DNA of 64,000 nucleotides from Lobosporangium transversale (Eukaryota): NCBI RefSeq assembly GCF_002105155.1, contig NW_019028980.1, positions 1 to 64,000 of the forward strand, read 5' to 3'. Shown piece by piece: positions 63,179 to 64,000 of this stretch (position 1 is its first letter; each line of letters starts with the position of its first letter). The notes under the pieces were generated by a model. It saw only the letters and a program-made list of their open reading frames with translations, ran no database searches and was not told where the DNA came from. The position numbers and the translations under genes were made by a program.

Positions 63179-64000
63179 TTGGCGATAAGGACCAATGTTG
63201 GGATGAGGATTGTCGTGAAAACATGCAAACTCTTTCTGATCTCCACGTGATCATCTGATTTTAGAGTTTGTTTCTTGGACAAAAATTAGTGCTCCACTCC
63301 TCTTCACTTACTTGGCCACGAAGATGCTTACTGGAGTATCGTAAAAAAAAAATCTTAATTTACTTTTGATTATATGACTGGAGACAGGTCTGTTGTGATA
63401 ATTGTTAGCCTCTCTCTTCACTTCTTGACCTCACTTAATCGTGATGGCACCCGGTAAACTTCCCTCGGCGTTTGTAGCACTGCGCTACCTATTTAGTAAA
63501 AAAGAAAGACAAAAGCTCCATCCTATTGCCAATACCAGTGCCAAATAGCAAAGTGCTCTGAAGCTCACACCAACCTTCCAAGTCCCTCTTCATAGCTCTT
63601 ATCTCTAGCACCATAGATTGGCAGAGGACCCCGTTAGGAACGACGGGAATACCTGTCCCAGCGCCCTCAGGACGAACGTAAGTGCCTCGTGTTGGGAAAT
63701 AGAGCAGTTGCCAGCCAACCGGCTCGTCCTATTAACCCCTTGGCGCCGAGCAACAACAAGCAGGTCCTGTTCCAATGGCTCTGAAAAGAAGCATCTCTCT
63801 TCTCCAAGAGCATTGGCAACTTGGCACGAATCAATCCTAAATCCACACAAGACGCGCCAGCAATCTTTGTCGCCATTGACAGCATGCCAGTGAAATCCTG
63901 TTCCCAGAAGACGAACTACTTGCAAATGATATCTGTAAGCTTCGGTATATCCGAAGAGTGGTAAATTTTCTCATTATGTGTGGTCTGTCAGTGTCGCACA

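Noticed and set aside
63440..64000. Short overlapping ORFs at the window end
   Set aside because: No recognisable motif and multiple stops in every frame.

Overview
Eukaryotic, intron-rich fungal DNA. The very long A/T homopolymers, GT-AG introns, intronless F-box/LRR-type genes and 'F(K/R)NSEWGPE' FAD monooxygenase fit a Mortierellaceae-like early-diverging fungus (inference). Conserved genes reconstructed by hand-splicing: a Cti6-like PHD protein, an FAD monooxygenase, a peroxisomal PECR-like SDR (ends SKL), an SPF30/SMNDC1-like Tudor protein, a Chs4/Skt5-like Sel1 protein (CaaX end), an ankyrin protein, a stomatin/SPFH protein, a ~12.3-kb group X-type hybrid histidine kinase (kinase-like/P-loop/GAF/PAS/HisKA/HATPase/REC), an SCP2/POX18-like protein (ends AKL) and three F-box/LRR-type genes. 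Accessory content: a Crypton-type tyrosine recombinase/GCR1_C gene with all catalytic motifs, facing an orphan ORF; a second, decayed Crypton-like relic; a clean 165-bp hAT-type MITE (16-bp TIRs, 8-bp TSD); and a possible second inverted-repeat element. The most notable observation is a five-member family of secreted ~270-350 aa proteins. They share one exon structure and range from intact to decayed, and their layout suggests a Cyt/Evf-like toxin fold (unverified inference).
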